NCBI RefSeq assembly: GCF_009914755.1
Contig: NC_060928.1
From: the human T2T-CHM13v2.0 reference genome, Homo sapiens
Direction: 5' to 3' (one strand)
DNA: 64,000 bases
Positions 1 through 18,938 of this stretch are shown one piece after another. Both the position numbers and the translations under genes were made by a program. The number at the start of each line of letters is the position of its first letter. Positions within the stretch are counted from its first letter, which is position 1. Under the pieces are notes generated by a model. That model was not told the origin of the DNA, made no database searches, and was given only the letters and a program-made list of their open reading frames with translations.

Positions 1-299
1 TGTGACACTCCAGAATTTTTCCCTCCAACTAGCCAGTAACCCCTAACCCCTCTAGCCCTCAGCCTAGTTTTCTTTCAGGCCATTCCACAGTAGAAATAAT
101 TCTAATTTGAATCCTTCTTCTTTCTCTTTCTCCTCTTCTTTCCCTTCTCTCCTTTTCCCCTCCTCCCCCTGCGCCTCCTCCCTTCTTCCTTTTTCTTGGT
201 GGTGGTCTGGGTACTTCAGGTGGAACTCTGGGTAGAATTTTTTAAACAGCTTTTCGAGATATACTTCACATACAATAAAACTTACCCTTTAAAAAAATT

Positions 300-591
300 C
301 TTTTTAGTTTTTTAGAAACGGTCTCACTCTGTCAACCAGGCTGGAGTACAGAAGCATGATCATAGCTCACTGTAACCTCAGACTCCTGGGCTCAAGCGAG
401 CCTCCCTTTTCAGCCTCCTTAATAGGTAGGACTACAGTAGGCACCACCATGCCCGGCTGATTTTATTTTTTGTAGAGATGAGGGTCTCCCCATGTTGTCC
501 AGGCTGGTTTTGAACTTCTGGCCTGAAGCGATCCTCCTACCTTAGCCTCCCAAATTGCTGGGATTACAGGCTTAAGCCACTATGCTCAGCC
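300..591 (-). mobile_element. AluJ-like SINE inside an old L1M 3' end (~240-680)
   Basis: Diverged antisense Alu body (gtctcactctgtc...ggattacagg); degenerate TSD cttaccctttaaa / cttcacccttataaa. Confidence 0.85.
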
Positions 592-2742
592 TTCACCCTT
601 ATAAAGTGTACCTTTAGTTATTTTTAGAATTTTTGTGCAACCATTGCCACTATCTAAATTTTAGGACATTTTAATCCTCTGGGTAGGATTTCATATAGGT
701 CCAAGCTGGCCCTCTGTGTGGCCGTGCTTCCTTGCCCCTCTCTTACCCTGAGCAGTGGAAGTATAGCTGGCTTCTGATACAGTATGTCTCCTCACTCTTG
801 TGTGCCCTCCCTCTCCTGTCTACCTCATGTTGCTGCCTCAGAGTGATAGGCAACACCTTTAGATTCCTAAAGTGTGTATTAGGCACTGCCTGATGTGCCC
901 TCCACTAACTCCAGAGAACATATATCAAGGACTCCCAGGGGTCCCATTAAAGCTTCTTTCACTGGCTTGAGGTGAAAGGAAGGCACCTTTCCACATCCCT
1001 CCCACTTTGGAGGAGACATGAAAATCAGCACACAACTCTCTTCAAAGAAATTCTTGTTCTATCTTTGCTCTACTCTTTATACCCTGAGTATATGCGTTAG
1101 AGCTATCTAACCAGTTCTCAGACATATTACTTTGGAAATTTGCTACAGGGTAGTCCTTCACACAAGTCATGTTGGTATCTGATTGCTAATATTATCTGAT
1201 CCCTCTGTTGAAACTTCCAATTTATCAATATTTTTCATGTAGAAGATAACTCACATATCTTTAGAAAGGAATGAAGCTTCTACTTTTTTCTCTTGAATAA
1301 ATATGCTATTATATAATAAAGTCAATGAGAACCTAGAGACTTTGGTGCAGGCAGGGGATCTAAATAAATAATCGCACTTCTTGTACAACCTAAGTAAAAA
1401 CGCTTTTGGCTTTTTTAAAGCAGTATCTTATAGTTTCCTTTTAACTTTCACATTGTGTATATAAGTAGACACCCTGGAGGCAGACTTTAAGCATAAAATG
1501 TTTTAGTAAACATTTAAAAAGGAAAGTGAAAGGACAAGACTGGCCTCATTTATAGTTGGAATTGCTTTTTTCAGTCAGGATTAAGTACCATAAATGTAAA
1601 TTAAAAGAAAATAGTAGCTTGTCTTGTTAGTTGAGTAAACAAAGTCAACTTTTATCTAAAACAGATGTTTTTATAGGTTAACTTTTAAACTCCTTATTTG
1701 GCTTCTTTTCCAAATCTGCTTCTCCCTTACAGTAGAAATATACTATATATGTTATGCTTAAATTGGTTTTGTCTGGGTAGAAATCTTATGAATCACTCTA
1801 AAGAACAATTTTCAAGCTGTGTCAATTTAGGAAAATTTATATAGAAGGATTTTAACTAGTTACATTTTCCTCTTTTAACATGAAAATAGGCTTATTAAGC
1901 CCCATAGAAAATCTTAAGTTTTATCAGTATATCATCACTTAACTGAACGCCATTGGAAAAATTGACCTGACAAAAATTTCAGCACAGACACTTATCTGAT
2001 CTTTTATTAATTCACCTTCTGTAGAATCATATATCAAAGCATGTTCACAAGCATAGCCACTTCCCTTGTCATAGCCACCCAAAATGACATTTTTATTGTT
2101 ACTATCATTCCTGTGTTACAATAGGGAAACAGAGGTTTAAAGGAAAAGTGACTCTCCCAGGGAAAATGGTGAGTTGCCAACAAAGCTGGGTCTGGAAATA
2201 CTTAATTGCATTTAGTGCAAAATATACAGTTATAGTATATATATTGGAGATAATAGAAATCAACTAAAGAATGAAAGAAATGTGTTCCATCTTATTCCCA
2301 ACTTCCCCTACCATGGCTGTAGGTTCTCCTCTCTATTTCTCTCTACTTTTATATCTGGGATGGATAGGATGAAACCTGGAACAGAAATCTGAAAGGCCTT
2401 CAGTTCAGTCTGACTGCTTTGGTTTATGATCTGTATTTTGGTGCCTCCTAGTACCCTGGGGTCTCTTCCTTTTTCCGTAAAGCAGTCACCACCCCCATTC
2501 TCCAGTTCTGTCTCTGAAGTTGACCGTGTTGGGCTAGGGCAAGTGGTTGTTTTGAGGGTTTTTCCCTCCAATTCCTTTACCTTCTGTGAGTTTAAGATAA
2601 CATTTAGATTGGTAGCCATATTGAGAAATTAGGTAGACAGGGGGCTTATAGTCTGTCATCACTGATGTAGAGCTTTTACTACTGCAAGTATAGTTAAGTT
2701 GCTGATGCATAGACCATCTGTTACCTTTGTTTCCCAGGTAAT

Positions 2743-2857
2743 ATGCACGTGTCACTAGCTGAGGCCCTGGAGGTTCGGGGTGGACCACTTCAGGAGGAAG
2801 AAATATGGGCTGTATTAAATCAAAGTGCTGAAAGTCTCCAAGAATTATTCAGAAAAG
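2743..2857 (+). CDS. PTPN13: PTPN13 first coding exon (exon starts 2738; aa 1-38, KIND domain start), ends in phase 1
   Basis: MHVSLAEALEVRGGPLQEEEIWAVLNQSAESLQELFRK matches the recalled PTPN13 N-terminus; acceptor tttgtttcccag (ends 2737); donor AAG|gtaagc; 115 coding nt. Confidence 0.96.
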
Positions 2858-2862
2858 GTAAG

Positions 2863-2892
2863 CTGCTGCTGCTGCTGCTGTTGTTGTTGTTG
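2863..2892 (+). repeat. (CTG)6(TTG)4 compound trinucleotide repeat starting at intron +6
   Basis: Read directly after the exon 2 donor. Confidence 0.95.
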
Positions 2893-3167
2893 TTTCAGTA
2901 TTGGGTACTTAAAAAACAGATACAGGGTCAGAGATTAGATTTTTGTTTCATTATTCCTGTGCCTTTGGCAGAGTATGAAAGGAATACTTTCCTTATCTCT
3001 TTTAGGGCTGAAAAAGCTCAGCTATTATCTACATTCATTTGAATATCTTCTATGTGCCCAATATTACACCAGGCAGCAAAAGTGTAATGGTGATTGAAAC
3101 CGAAACAGTTCTTCTCAGTTTAGAGCTCACAGTTCAATGTGGAAAATAGCTATTAACAAAATATTTG

Positions 3168-3705
<538 letters not shown>

Positions 3706-4004
3706 CTAAATCAGAATGATATAGGGTCAACAAGTATTTTGGTGTTTCCCTGTGGAGGAGGTCACTTGGTCCAAATGGTTTTGCGGCATTGTGGAGTTAG
3801 AAAAGTTAGAATCATCCTTTGGTTGTCCAAAAACATTTGATATCATGCCAGAAGTTGCACATGAAGATGTTGTTTGCCATTCATAGCACCTGACCAAAAC
3901 TTACTTAGAATAGTAGGTGAAAAAACCAAGCGTCATCTAAAGAATCAGTCTCTAAAATTGATTTGAATGCATACATCAGACACAAAAAAGCCTGACAGAA
4001 ATAA

Positions 4005-7446
<3,442 letters not shown>

Positions 7447-9859
7447 TATAGGATAGAGTTTCTAAAGACCAGGAGCCATGGGAACCTTCTGGAAAGATGT
7501 AGGGATAACTACTGATTGAGTACAGGAAGGTCTAGAGACAGGGGAAGAGTGTTTGGGGACAGATGGTAAAGCTTTGTTGTTTTTGTTGTTGTTTTTTAAT
7601 TCAGAGACAGGATTGTGAAAAAACAGTGTTAGGGCCCACACATCAGTGCTATAACCTTTATGTTTGATGATCTTTAATTAGAGTTAGGATTAATTTAAAG
7701 AAAATTTATTCATTTAATCTAATATCACTTAACCAAAAATCTGGGTGTTTTAAATAAACATTATTTCTTTGTTTGCTTCACTTTATTTTTCAGAAAATTT
7801 TCAGAAAATTGGAAAGTATAGACAGTCCAGAATATACAGGATGTAGCTATACTCCAAAGGTGTTATTGAAGGAAAGATATGTTGATGGCACTATTCAGTC
7901 AATTAATAATTGTCAATTAATATTTAAGAAATACCTTCTACTTGTGAGGTATTGTGTGGAAGATCCAAATAAGTAGGTGTCACTTTTGCCCTTAAGGGAT
8001 TTGTTCAGATAAAAGACACAACTGCAAATTTACCACTTCAAAACAAAGTGCCAAATAAGTGACATAGACGATAAGTACTACAGATGTTCAGAGGAGGGAG
8101 AGAGAATACCTCTTTTTATTATACTAATGGCAGGATTACTGCCCAGGCCATGACTCACAGTATATAAAGCATCTTGCATACTGTAAGTACCTAAGGGTTT
8201 TTCCTTGTTTCACATTTCATAATGTTAATAGAGATCAAATGAATATAAAGGTGTTGTCACTGAGAGGCAATTATTGCATAACATATTGGCACATTATAAT
8301 TAAAAGACTTACCAGATGTATTATAAAATTAATTGTGAGGTAGCTGTGTCTTAAATACTGTCCAGTAGGAGCTGGTTAGCATAAGGCCTCCAGTCTAATT
8401 CACAGAGTATTATCAGTAATACAGAGAGATTGAATTTGGTTTCTTTGGCAGTTTGAAGATTACCAATTGTTATGATTGCTAATTGGAAATTTCTATTTAT
8501 TTGGAGGAAACAAATGCTTATTTGATTTAATTTGTCAGAAATTTATGATTTTTCATTCTTTGTATTTGATAACACAATATCTTTTTTGTATATTTGATCA
8601 CACAATATCTTTTTGTCCCAAGTTCTTCTCCTGACTCTTGTAACGAATTGAAATAATTATTAGTTTTTTTATTTTATGGATGAATGGTGGTTGTCTTAGT
8701 TCTCTCTTAGAATCCTTATGCATAACACTGGGAGTGGCGGGGGGAAAATAGCAGGTAAAGTATAATGGTGTCCAAGAAGTTTATGTGTTTTTTTAAAATG
8801 CTTTCTTGTCAATGGCTTTTCCCCCTTATCATCTTGAACTTGTACGTTGTTCCTGTTTCTTTTTCAGAATATGAGTGCAAGCATGCTACTGACATTCCTA
8901 TAAGAGGGGGCTGGAAATAAGCATTTCTACTGGGGTATTATTGAACAAAAGCCAAGAAAATTATCTGTTTCTTCATATTTTTGAGCCTCCCAGCAATCGA
9001 AGGCTTTCCATTTTTAAAAGCAAAATTGCTATGGTTATTATTCATAGGATAATGATATCTAAGCATGGCCTTGTTGAAAGACACCATCTTCAAATGAACT
9101 TCTCTTCAGAGGAGGGAAAATGTAAAACTTTTGATAATCATGCAATTCTAACATGTAGATGAAGGTGATGAAAGGTGGTTCCCCTTTTGGTGTAAGTTTC
9201 TTAGTTTTGTTGCCTTGTGGTTACTAAAACGTACAATCTGTATGACTACCCTGAGAAATCATGAGATAGTATTTTTTGAGATTTTCTTGTGATCTTACAC
9301 ATGATCTATCTTTGTAAATATTCTGTAGGCATTTGAAAAGAATTGTACTGTCTATTCCTAGGCTATAGCTTAAGCTCGTGAATGTTTGTGCTTACAATTT
9401 TTTTAAACTTTATTAGTCTGTATTCTTCATCTGTCAAATTCCTAGGGATAGTCAAAACTTCCCACTATGATTATATTTTTGTCTGTCTTCTTCTGTAGTT
9501 ACATATTTTCGCAATTTTGTGTGATACATGTGATGGCTAATGACTAATATAAATGGACAAGATATTTTATTAATATAAAGTAAGTTTTTTTCTTTCTACA
9601 AGTCATTGCAATAAATTCTGTTATCTGCCCTTAATATGGCCACCTTTGCTTCATTTTTGTTGACACTTGCCTACCTTTCCTATCTCTAGTATAGCTTTCC
9701 TCCTTCCTTTATTTTCACATCCTTTATGCTATAATTTAGGTACTTTTTGTGAATGGTAGATAGCTAGATTTTTATTTTAACCTAGCTAAGGAGTTGCTTT
9801 TCTTCAATTAGGAAGTTAATTGTAGTTATTGAAATAAAAGTTCTGGGAAATTTTACTAA

Positions 9860-10252
<393 letters not shown>

Positions 10253-11617
10253 TAACTGATTGAGAATCCTAGCTTATGTCAGAAAAACATATATACATTT
10301 AAGATTTTAGCTTTTATATCATGGATGAATTCATGTAGGAGCTCAGTGTTCCTACATAATAAAAAAATGCTATTCTCCTGCTCTTTATGAATAATCTTTA
10401 GAAGTGAGGTTATTGCTACCTTGGAAAACTTAGCTTACAACTGTAGTAATTGTCCAAAACAGTAATTTTTTTTGTTATGGAACTGTTGCTCTCTGCAGAA
10501 AACAGCTCTTTCGAATCTTGAGGTTTTAGGGTGTTAGACTGATTGATTAGTCAGAGGAAGAGACTCAATTTCCCTCACTTAGGCAAGGATATAAATCCCT
10601 TTATAAGTAGTCACTTCTGGTTCCCTGTCTAATAAATAAAAGAATTAATGAAATGAGTAATTTCAATAAACCGTTAAAAAGATAATAGAATAAAGCATTT
10701 GATAAAGAGAAATATTAAAAACAAGCCAGGTTCATTGTCTACATTAAAAAGTTCTAAGAGATACCAGCAAGTGTCCTGCAAAAATTGAAAGACCACATTG
10801 TGTTTCTTATATTCTTTGAAAGACAAATTTGGATCAGATTGTAGAGAACAGCTTATATAATTATTTCACTGTATTTCATTTTTATAGTCTTATTATAAGT
10901 GAAAATGACAAATTACTATAGAAAGCTAAGACAAATATCAAATTTCACTCCTAAAAAAGTGCCTAAAAATTAGAATTTATAGACAACTTTAAAAAATCTT
11001 ATTAGGGAATAAATCTGTTAAATAATATCAGCAAAGTTTAGTGAATATTATGTTCTGTTTTTTATACAATTACTTTTATTGCATAAATACTTTCAGGAAA
11101 ATTATCTTGCTACTAAAAGAAAAAAGTGTGTATGAGAAATACCTACATATACTCAGAACCACACACACTTCTTTTATTTATGGAATCAAACTCTTAGAGC
11201 TGAAAAGATTTTAATCTGTTCGGTCTAATCATTTTAGAGATAAGGAAACAGCCCAGTTTAAATGACTTATAGGAGTTAGTATTGGCAGAGCAGAAATAAT
11301 GTAACTATTTTAAAGCAAATCATTATGAACTTACACCTATTTAGAGCTATAAAATCACTTCATGTGTACATAACAATGAAGTTTAAAAATTGATAACACT
11401 CTTATCAATACAGCAACAGGAGGTTTACAAAAACAGTATCAGGTGACATGATTTCAGATTCTATAGTTATTTAAAAAAATAATAAGGGAAAATGATGAAC
11501 AAAGTTGTTGAAGTATTTAACAACTTACATGAAATGGACATCTTAAAAGATACAAACAGCTCACTCAAGAAAAAAATAGACAACCCGAATTGTCCTATAT
11601 CTATTAAGATGATTGAT

Positions 11618-11925
11618 TTTTTTTTTTTTCTTTTCGGAGACAGAAATCTCACTCTGCCACTCAGGCTGAAGTGCAGTGGCGTGATCTTGGCTCACTGTAA
11701 CCTCTGCTTCCCAGGTTCAAGCTATTCTGCCTCAGCCTCCCAAGTAGCTGGGACTACAGGTGTGTGCTACCACGCTCGGCCAAATTTTTTTTGTGTGTAT
11801 TTTTAGTAGAGATGGAATTTCGCCATGTTTGCCAGGCTGGTCTTGAACTCCTGCCCTCAAGCGACCCGCTCGCATCAGCCTCGCAAAGTGTTAGGATTAC
11901 AGGCATGAGCCACCACACCTGGCCA
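11618..11925 (-). mobile_element. AluS
   Basis: Antisense Alu body with poly-T. Confidence 0.88.
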
Positions 11926-12411
11926 AGGTGATTTAATTTATAGTTTAAAATACCCCACAAAGAAAATTCCAGGCCCATGTTGTTTCACTAGGGAATTCTA
12001 CTAAAAATATAAGGAAGAAATAATAGCACTTCTATACAAACACTAATAGAACATTGAAGAGAAGGATGTACTTCCCAACTCATTCATTCTATGAGGGCAG
12101 CATTACTATGATTTCAAAATCAGACAAATACATTAGAGAAAAACTACAAACCAATATGTCTTATGAACATAGATGCAGAAATTCTTGAGAAAACTTTAAT
12201 TAATTGAATCCAACAATATATAAAAATGATAGCACCTCATGATCAAATGGATCCTAGGAATGCAAGATTATTTGAACTTTCACAAATCAATCAATATAAT
12301 TGACCATAGTAATGACTAAAAAAGAAAACTATATTATCTTTTTAATAGATGCAGAAAAACATTTGGTAACATCTAATATCCATTTCAATCTTAAAAAGCT
12401 CTCAACTCAAC

Positions 12412-12703
12412 GCCGGGCTTGGCAGCTCACACCTGTAATCCCAGCACTTTGGGAGGCTGAGGCAGAAGAGACTGCTTGAGTTCAGGAGTTCGTGACCAGC
12501 CTGCGAAACACGGTGAAACCTCATCTCTACAAAAAATACAAAAATTAGTCAGACGTGGTGACATATACCTGTAGTCCCAGCTATTCAAGAGGATGACTTG
12601 AGCCCAGGAGGTTGCAGTGAGCCAAGATAGCACCACTGCACTCCACCCTGGGCAACAGAGTTAGGCCCCGTCTCCAAAAACAAACAAACAAACAAACAAG
12701 CAA
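12412..12703 (+). mobile_element. AluJ-like with (CAAA)n tail
   Basis: Alu body with internal deletion; degenerate TSD ctctca. Confidence 0.85.
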
Positions 12704-13775
12704 ACTCTCATCTAGGAATAGAAAGGAACTACCTCAACCTAATAACGGGTATCTACACATCATACTTACTGGTAAAACATTGACTCTTCCCCTAAGATCA
12801 GGAACAGGTCAAGGGTATCTGCTCTCATTACTTATATTGAACATTGTATTCTAAGTTCTGACTAGTACAAATAAAGCAAGACAAATAAAAGGCATCCAGA
12901 TTAGAAAAAAGCAGAACTGTTTGTATTTGAATATGGCATGTTCTATGTAGAAAATTTGATAGAATCCAGAAAAGCCACTTGAACTCATAGATGTTTAACA
13001 AGTTGAAAGATACAAGATCAATATGCAAAAAACAACTTTTACCATTTAGAAATGATAAAAAAAGTAAAATATGGAATACAAAATTTAACAATATGAAAAA
13101 ATTAAGAATAAACCTGACAAAAGATATGAAGGCCTATGAAACAAAAAGTAAAACACAGTGCTGAGAGAAATTAAAGAACACCTAAATAGAGAGCTATGGT
13201 GTGTTCCTGTATCGAGAGACTCAGTATTGTTCAGATGTCAGTTTTCTCTAAATTGATCTCTAGATTCAGTGCAATTCCAACAGGCTATATTTTTTTTTGT
13301 AGAAAATGACAAGTGGATTGTAAAATTCATGTGGAAATTCAGTGGACTTAGAGTAGCCAAAACAACTTTGAAAAAAGAACAATGTTTAAGGACTCTCACT
13401 ACCTGATCTCAAGATTTATTATAAAGCTACAGTAATCAAAATAAACAACTAGATCAATTGAACATAACAGCATCCAGAAATAAATCCACACCTATATGGT
13501 CAATTGATTTTCAAGAAAGAAAGATGCCCTTTTCAATGAATGGTGCTGTAATAATTGGATATCCATATATCAAAAATTAAAGTTCTTAAAAAAAAATGAG
13601 ACGGTAGTTGTGTCCCTGAGTTAGGCAGAGATATCTTAAATAAGACAAATGTATGATCCATAAAAGAAAAAAAAAGATACAGTGGACTTCATCAGAATTA
13701 AAAACATCCACTCTTCTAAACATATTATTAAGAGAATGAAAGGAAAAGACCTACACTGGGAGAAAATATTTGCAA

Positions 13776-14108
<333 letters not shown>

Positions 14109-15086
14109 TAGTGAAAATGTAAAATGATACAGCTTTACATTTGGGAAACTGACAGTTTCTTTAAAAGTTAAATATACCTGCCATATACACTCCTAGTTAC
14201 TTACTTAAAAGAGATGAAACTGTGTGTCCATACAAAGACTTGTACATGAATGTTCATAGCACATTTCTTTGTAGTAACCAACAGCTGGAAAAAATACAAA
14301 TGTCTGTCAACAAGTGAATAGATAAACAAATTGTGATATATTCATATAATGAAACGCTACACATCAATAAAAAGGAGTGAACTATTGATACATGCAACAA
14401 CATCGATTAATCTCAAAATAATTATGTTGAGTGAAGGAAGTCAGACAAAAAAATAGTACATTCTATATGATTCTAATCTAAAATTCTAAAGCATACAAAC
14501 TAAGCTGTAGTGAGTGACAAAGCAGATCAGTGGTTGTTTAGGGATGAGAGATGATGATGGGGATGAAGCAGGGAATTATAAAAGAGCATGAGGAAACTTT
14601 TAGAGGTGATGGATATATTAATTATCTTGATTTGATTGCCATAATAGTTTCACAGGCATATTCATATGTCAGAACATCAAATTGTACTCTTTTAGTATGT
14701 GCAATTATTGTATGTCAGTTATTCCCTAACAAATCTGCTTAACGAAAAGGAATATCAAACATTTTTTCAAAAACTGTTTAAATTTAGAGCTTGATATTTT
14801 TTCTTACTAATTTTAAGCTGTGTTTTTAAAAGAAAAATGTTTTTCAGTCAAATGCTGTACCTGACTTTTTTGAGCCAAATGTTCATTTTTCTCTTTGTAG
14901 AGCATCAGGAGTAGACTACTCACCTTTAAAAAATAATATATGATAATATAATTTTCTAATAAGTATATTTAAATTAGTTTATTGAATTTAGTTTTTAAAA
15001 TGACTAAAAACATTTTTAAAAATGAGAAAAATTTTAAAAATTTTAAAAAACATTTTTAAAAATGAGAAAACGTTAAAAGTAGGCAA

Positions 15087-15470
15087 TGTTATGGGATTGT
15101 GTTCCTCAAACATTCATGAAGTCCTAACCCCTAATAACCTCCAAATAGGACTGTATCAAAGATAGGGTTTTCAAAGACCTTATAATGTTAAAATACAGTT
15201 ATTAAGGTGGGGCCTAATCCAATATGACTAGTGTCCTTATAAGAAGAGGAAATTAGGACGTAAACACATACAGAAGGAAAACTGTGAGAAGACATAGAGA
15301 GAAGATGGCCATCTATAAGCCAAGAAGAGAGTAGTCAGAAGAAACCAACCCTGCCAGCACCTTGATTTTGCACTTTTACAAAAGTACAGAATTGTGAGAA
15401 AATAAATTTCTCTAACTTAAACCGTCCATTCTGTGGTACTTTGTTATAGCAGCCCCCAAAAATGAATACA
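15087..15470 (+). mobile_element. MLT1-family (MaLR) solo LTR
   Basis: cctaatccaatatgactagtgtccttataagaagagga; gaaaccaaccctgcc; gagaaaataaatttc; ctgtggtactttgttatagcagccc. Confidence 0.8.
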
Positions 15471-17474
15471 GGCAGAATAAAAAAAATTAATAAAACATCT
15501 CAAAATAAAATATATGGTAACTAAATTTAAAATCTCAATGGAGATCTTCAACAGATTAAACAGAATATCATTTTTATTTTTAATTATGCTTACATACTAG
15601 TTATTTTTGAGGTACATGTGATATTTTGAAAAAAGCGTACTCTGTGTAATGGTCAAGTCAGGGTAGCTGGGTTATTCATCACCTCAAGCATTTATCATTT
15701 CTTTGTGTTAAGAACATTCAAATTCTACTCTTTTAGTTATTCTGAAATATGCAATAAATTGTTAATTGTAGTTGCCCTATTGTGCTACTGAACATTACAT
15801 CTTATTTTTTCTGTCTAACTGTATTTTTATACCCATTAACCATCCTCTCTTTATCCCCCCTCCATACTATCTTTCCCAGCTTCTAGTAACCATCATTCTA
15901 CTCTCTATTTCCATGAGTTCAATTTTATTTTTGAAGCTCCCGCCTATGAGTGAGAACATGTGAAATTTGTCTTTCTGTACCTGGCTTGTTTCACTTAACA
16001 TAATGTGCTCCCGTTCCATCCATGTTGTTGCAAATGAAAGGATTTTATTCTTTTAATATGGCCAAATAATATCTGTTGTGTATATATGCCCCATTTTCTT
16101 TACCCATTCATCTGTTGGTAGATACTTGAGATGATTCCGTAACTTGGCTATGGTGAATAGTGCTGCCATAAACATAGGAGTGAAGATATCTCTTTGATAC
16201 ACTGATTTCCTTTGTTTTGGATAGATACCTAGCAGTGGGATTGCTGAATCATATGGTAGTTCCATTTTTATTTTTTTTGAGAAACCTCCATACTATTCTC
16301 CATAGTGGCTGTAGTAATTTACATTCCCACCAACAGTATACAAGGGTTCCCCTTTCTTCTTATCCTCACCAACATTTATGATTGCCTTTCTTTTTTATAC
16401 AAGTCATTTTAACTAGGGTGAGATGATATTTCATTGTAGCTTTAAATTTATCTGATGATTAGTGATTTTGAGCATTTTTTATATACTTCTTGGCCATTTG
16501 TATGTCTTCCTTTGAGAAATGTCTATTCAGATCCTTTGCCCGCTTTTTAATGGGATTATTTGTTTTTTTCCTCTTAAGTTGTTTGTGTTCCTTATATATT
16601 CTGGTTATTAATCCATCAGATGGATAGTTTACAAATATTTCTCCCATTCTGTGGGTTGTCTTTTTGTTGTTTCCTTTCCTATGCAGAAGCTTTCTAGCTT
16701 GATGTGATCCTATTTGTTCAATTTTGCTATGAACAAAAATGGTTTGGTTGCCTATACTTCTGAGATCTTATGCAAGAAATCTTTGTGCACGCCAGTGACC
16801 TAGGGTTTTTCCCCAATGTTTTTTCCTAGTAGTTTCATTGTTCCAGGTCTTAGATTTAAGTCTTTAATCTATTTTGATTTGATTTTTGTATAAGGCAAGA
16901 GATAGGGGTCTATCTTCATTCTTCGACATATGGATATTAAGTTTTCCCAGCATCATTTATGAAGAGACTGTCCTTTCTCCAATATATGTTCCTGGCACCT
17001 TAGTCAAAACTGAGTTCACTGTGAATGTATGAATTTATTTCTGGGTTCTCTATTCTTTTTCCTTTGTCTATATGTCTGTTTCTATGTTAATACCATGCTG
17101 TTTTGGTATCTATAGCTTTGTATTATAATTTGAAGTCAGGTAATGTGATGCTTCCAGCTTTGTTCTTCTTGTTCAAGATTGCTCTGGCTATTCTGGGTCT
17201 TTTGTGACTCCATATAAATTTTAAGATTTTGTTCTATCTCTGTGAAGAATTTCATTGATATTCTAATAGTGATTGTATTGAATCTGTAGATTGCTTTAGA
17301 CATGCGTCATGTCTAAACCTGCATCATATCTAAATGCATGTCAGCTACAGACATGCATCATGCTTGGATAATTTTTATTTAAACATTTAAGCAATATTGA
17401 TTAGTCCAATCCATGAACATGGAATATCTTTCCATTTTTGTGTGTCCTCTTCAACTTATTTTCATCACTGTTTT

Positions 17475-18088
<614 letters not shown>

Positions 18089-18865
18089 TGTTTTATAGTT
18101 TTAATTGTAGAGATCTTCTGCTTCTTTGGTTAAGTTTATTCCTAGGTATTTTATTTTATTTGTAGCACTTGTAAATGGAATTACTTTCTTAATTTCTTTG
18201 TCATATTGTTTGCCATTGGTATAGAAATGCTACTGATTTTTGTATGTTGATTTTTGTATCCCTTAACTTTACTGAATTTGTTTATCGGTTCCAAAGGTTT
18301 TCTGGTAGAGTGTTTAGGTTTTTCTAAATACAAGATCATATCATTTGCTAATAAGAATAATTTGACTTCTTCTTTTCCAATTTGGATGTCCTTTATTATT
18401 TCTCTTATCTAATTGCTCTGGCTAGAACTTCTAGTTTTATTTTGAATAAAAGTGGAAGTAGACATCCTTACCTTGTTACAGATCTTAGAGGAAAAGCTTT
18501 CAGTTTTTCCCCATTCAGTATAATACTAGCTGTGAGTTTGTCATATATGGCCTTGATCATGTTGAGGTATGTTCCTTCTATACTGTTTGTCAAGAGTTTT
18601 TATCATGAAGAGATGTTGAATTTTATTGAATGCTTTTCCAGCATGTATTGAAATGATCATATAGTTTTTGTCTTTTATTCTGTTGATATGATATCTACCA
18701 TTGATTGATTTGCCCATGTTGAACTATCCTTCCATTCCTGGGATGAATCCCACTTGAACATAATGAATGATCTTTTTATTGCATTGTTTAATTCAGATTG
18801 CTAGTATTTTGTTGAGGATTTTTGCATTTCTATTTATCAGTAATATTGGCCTGTAGTTAGTTTGT

Positions 18866-18938
18866 TTCCTTCCTCCTTCCATCCCTTCCTCCCTCCCTCC
18901 CTCCGTCCTTCCCTCCCTTCCTTCCTTCCTTCCTTCCT
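18866..18938 (+). repeat. (CCTT/CCCT)n simple repeat
   Basis: Read directly. Confidence 0.9.

Noticed and set aside
2308-2788. Overlapping short ORFs upstream of and antisense to exon 2
   Set aside because: No recognisable homology; lengths expected by chance; no CpG-island promoter visible here
2743-3042. 99-aa ORF with poly-Leu as a standalone membrane protein
   Set aside because: Read-through of exon 2 past a strong donor into a CTG/TTG repeat
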